A DNA stretch of 64,000 bases from Paraphysomonas bandaiensis. Taxonomy: Eukaryota > Protista > Chrysophyceae. The DNA is taken from positions 62,001 through 126,000 of the forward strand of contig CBFFRP010000277.1 of the NCBI GenBank assembly GCA_965644295.1. Reading direction: 5' to 3'. The stretch's first letter is position 1. Every line of letters begins with the position of its first letter. The position numbers were made by a program, and so were the translations under genes. The notes beneath the pieces are model-generated. The model made no database searches. It had not been told where the DNA came from and was given only the letters and a program-made list of their open reading frames with translations. Below, in pieces: positions 62,413 through 64,000 of this stretch.

Positions 62413-63330
62413 ATGAGTGAGGACGGAGTCAATGTCGATTCCATTCCTGAGAAGTTTGAAAAGATTCTAGACTTTATCCCTGAGGAAGAGGAGGTCGTCT
62501 ATTGGCTCAACGCCAAAAATTCTGACTTTTGGGAATATTTTTCGTATATTAACAATGAAACATTCTGGAGCTGTCCACCGTTTAGTTTTGTGTTTGCATG
62601 CTGCAATGCTTTCAATCTGCCTTGTTTGTATGCCGATTACAAAAACAATTCGAATAAAATATTGATTGGAACAGACGAGTCTTTAATAGTTGGATCACTT
62701 GATGATACATCCTGTTGCTGCTGCTTTTCACCTAATTTTCACGCAACTGCAGATGTATATTCTTGGAAACATATTAAATTTATAGGTAGCAAACAGGAGT
62801 TTGAACAGAAAAAGCAAAACCATGACTCATCCTTTTCTTGCTTGCCACGAACGGTTTTCCTGCGTAAACCTATGGATGTTCTTCTTGTTGCTAAAAGGAC
62901 TAAAGAAAACGTATCGCGTGGTATCTGGCTCGATTTTGTTGAGGACAGTGACGCGCGGATAGGCGAGATCAAGGCTCTACGCAGCCGCTTGAAATCCAGA
63001 CGACGAGTTGTACAGCGCAAAAGTAAGGGGCATATGCAGCTTGTGGAGTTGGGGACATCGGCCTCGCAGCGGACTTCTGAATACTCAGAGGGATCTTCAA
63101 CACCAGAACCAAGTCCTAATCGTATGACAAGGGCACCAATTCCACGCCTAAAGGAGGGTTCTCCTACCCCTAATCCGGTGAATACTGAAGAAAAGGTGGA
63201 AGACGAGGTATTGTCGTCGTCTTCGGAAGATAGTTATAAGGATGATGAAGGAAACGATAGGGAAAGCACTCATGATGATGTCAACACCATTGATCTTTAT
63301 AGCGATAAAAAGGATTCTTCACGTATATAA
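62413..63330 (+). CDS. Hypothetical protein with Cys clusters and acidic disordered tail
   Basis: 305-aa ATG ORF, coding-like composition, FACC and SCCCCF clusters. Confidence 0.65.
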   Translation: MSEDGVNVDSIPEKFEKILDFIPEEEEVVYWLNAKNSDFWEYFSYINNETFWSCPPFSFVFACCNAFNLPCLYADYKNNSNKILIGTDESLIVGSLDDTSCCCCFSPNFHATADVYSWKHIKFIGSKQEFEQKKQNHDSSFSCLPRTVFLRKPMDVLLVAKRTKENVSRGIWLDFVEDSDARIGEIKALRSRLKSRRRVVQRKSKGHMQLVELGTSASQRTSEYSEGSSTPEPSPNRMTRAPIPRLKEGSPTPNPVNTEEKVEDEVLSSSSEDSYKDDEGNDRESTHDDVNTIDLYSDKKDSSRI

Positions 63331-63629
63331 CCACACAGTTCGTTGTCCAATATGTGTGTTTTGGTTATATACGTGGTTGTCATGAATTGATCCACTAGCT
63401 GACACCATCTGATGCAGTTTAATCCAGTGTACTAGTGAGTGGGTGTAATGTAGACGCTTCCTCAGCATTTTTAGTTTTCTGATGCTGTGATCTATATGTA
63501 AACTGCGCTATTTTTGAATGCGTGATGTGCACTATTAACTAATAAGAGCGCTGTTATACATTCGCCATTGTATTTACGAGTAAGAGTATTCTTCAACTGG
63601 TAAAATCTCTGTGAGTTACTTATATATGT

Positions 63630-63880
63630 ATGAAAGTCTTATTATTAGCAGTAGGCGTTAAGCGTTAAGAACCAACACCAGATGAGTTGTTAGTTGAAGA
63701 CTAGTCAAGAAGCTAGATCGACCTCTACCCTCTACCAGGGATAGGGAACAATATATTGTATTGCAATCTATTTTCCCTATCCTACCAGTAATTAACTAGA
63801 ATAAATTCTCATATCCTACTATTTAACGCTACAGAAGCTGCATGTGCGTCGACACAAGCACCAAGGTGCAACCACTTCCA
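63630..63880 (+). mobile_element. CRE-like relic fragment carrying a ~48-bp mini-hAT insertion (63736-63783)
   Basis: atcctactatttaacgctacagaagctgcatgtgcgtcgacacaagcaccaaggtgcaaccactt matches 474-538; insertion begins CAGGGATAGGGAACAATATATTGTATTGCAAT as at 22220. Confidence 0.7.
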
Positions 63881-64000
63881 ATCTTGTGTGTGAGGGAGAA
63901 GCTCTCTGCGGACTGCGGACGATAGTCCTTGAAATACAGAATGATTGTAGATTCATTTGTAAATGACTCTCATCCCAATTTTGTCTGAAAAAAGAGAATA

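Overview
Eukaryotic nuclear DNA with short (about 40-70 nt) GT-AG introns. It most likely comes from a flagellated ochrophyte stramenopile (chrysophyte-like): the beta-tubulin is stramenopile-type, CFAP74 is present, and there is a signal-peptide-bearing ubiquitin of the SELMA/PUBL type. About 17 host genes are present: CocE/NonD hydrolase, OB-fold protein, AAAP amino-acid transporter, RAD23, tesmin/LIN54-like CXC protein, a small mitochondrial membrane protein, CFAP74, SV2-like MFS, beta-tubulin, a short major-vault-protein-like protein, a plastid-type ubiquitin, an EEP/nocturnin-like enzyme, a multipass protein with an adaptin-ear domain, RLP24, an acylated EF-hand protein, a triple CW-zinc-finger protein and a Cys-rich orphan. 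They are separated by AT-rich spacers full of nested mobile DNA: one intact, very young Ty1/Copia element (identical 320-bp LTRs, CATGA TSD), a decayed Copia plus solo LTRs, two hAT derivative families, a pogo/Tigger derivative, MITEs, and a dispersed family of compacted CRE-like non-LTR relics. Most notable unexplained patterns: (i) two independent fold-back hairpins built from Copia protease-active-site sequence, each later interrupted in its 3' arm by a new transposon; (ii) a recurrent TACWGCWGTA motif in purine-pyrimidine-alternating tracts upstream of genes; (iii) a half-length vault-like protein. Exon boundaries and relic limits were read by eye and are approximate.
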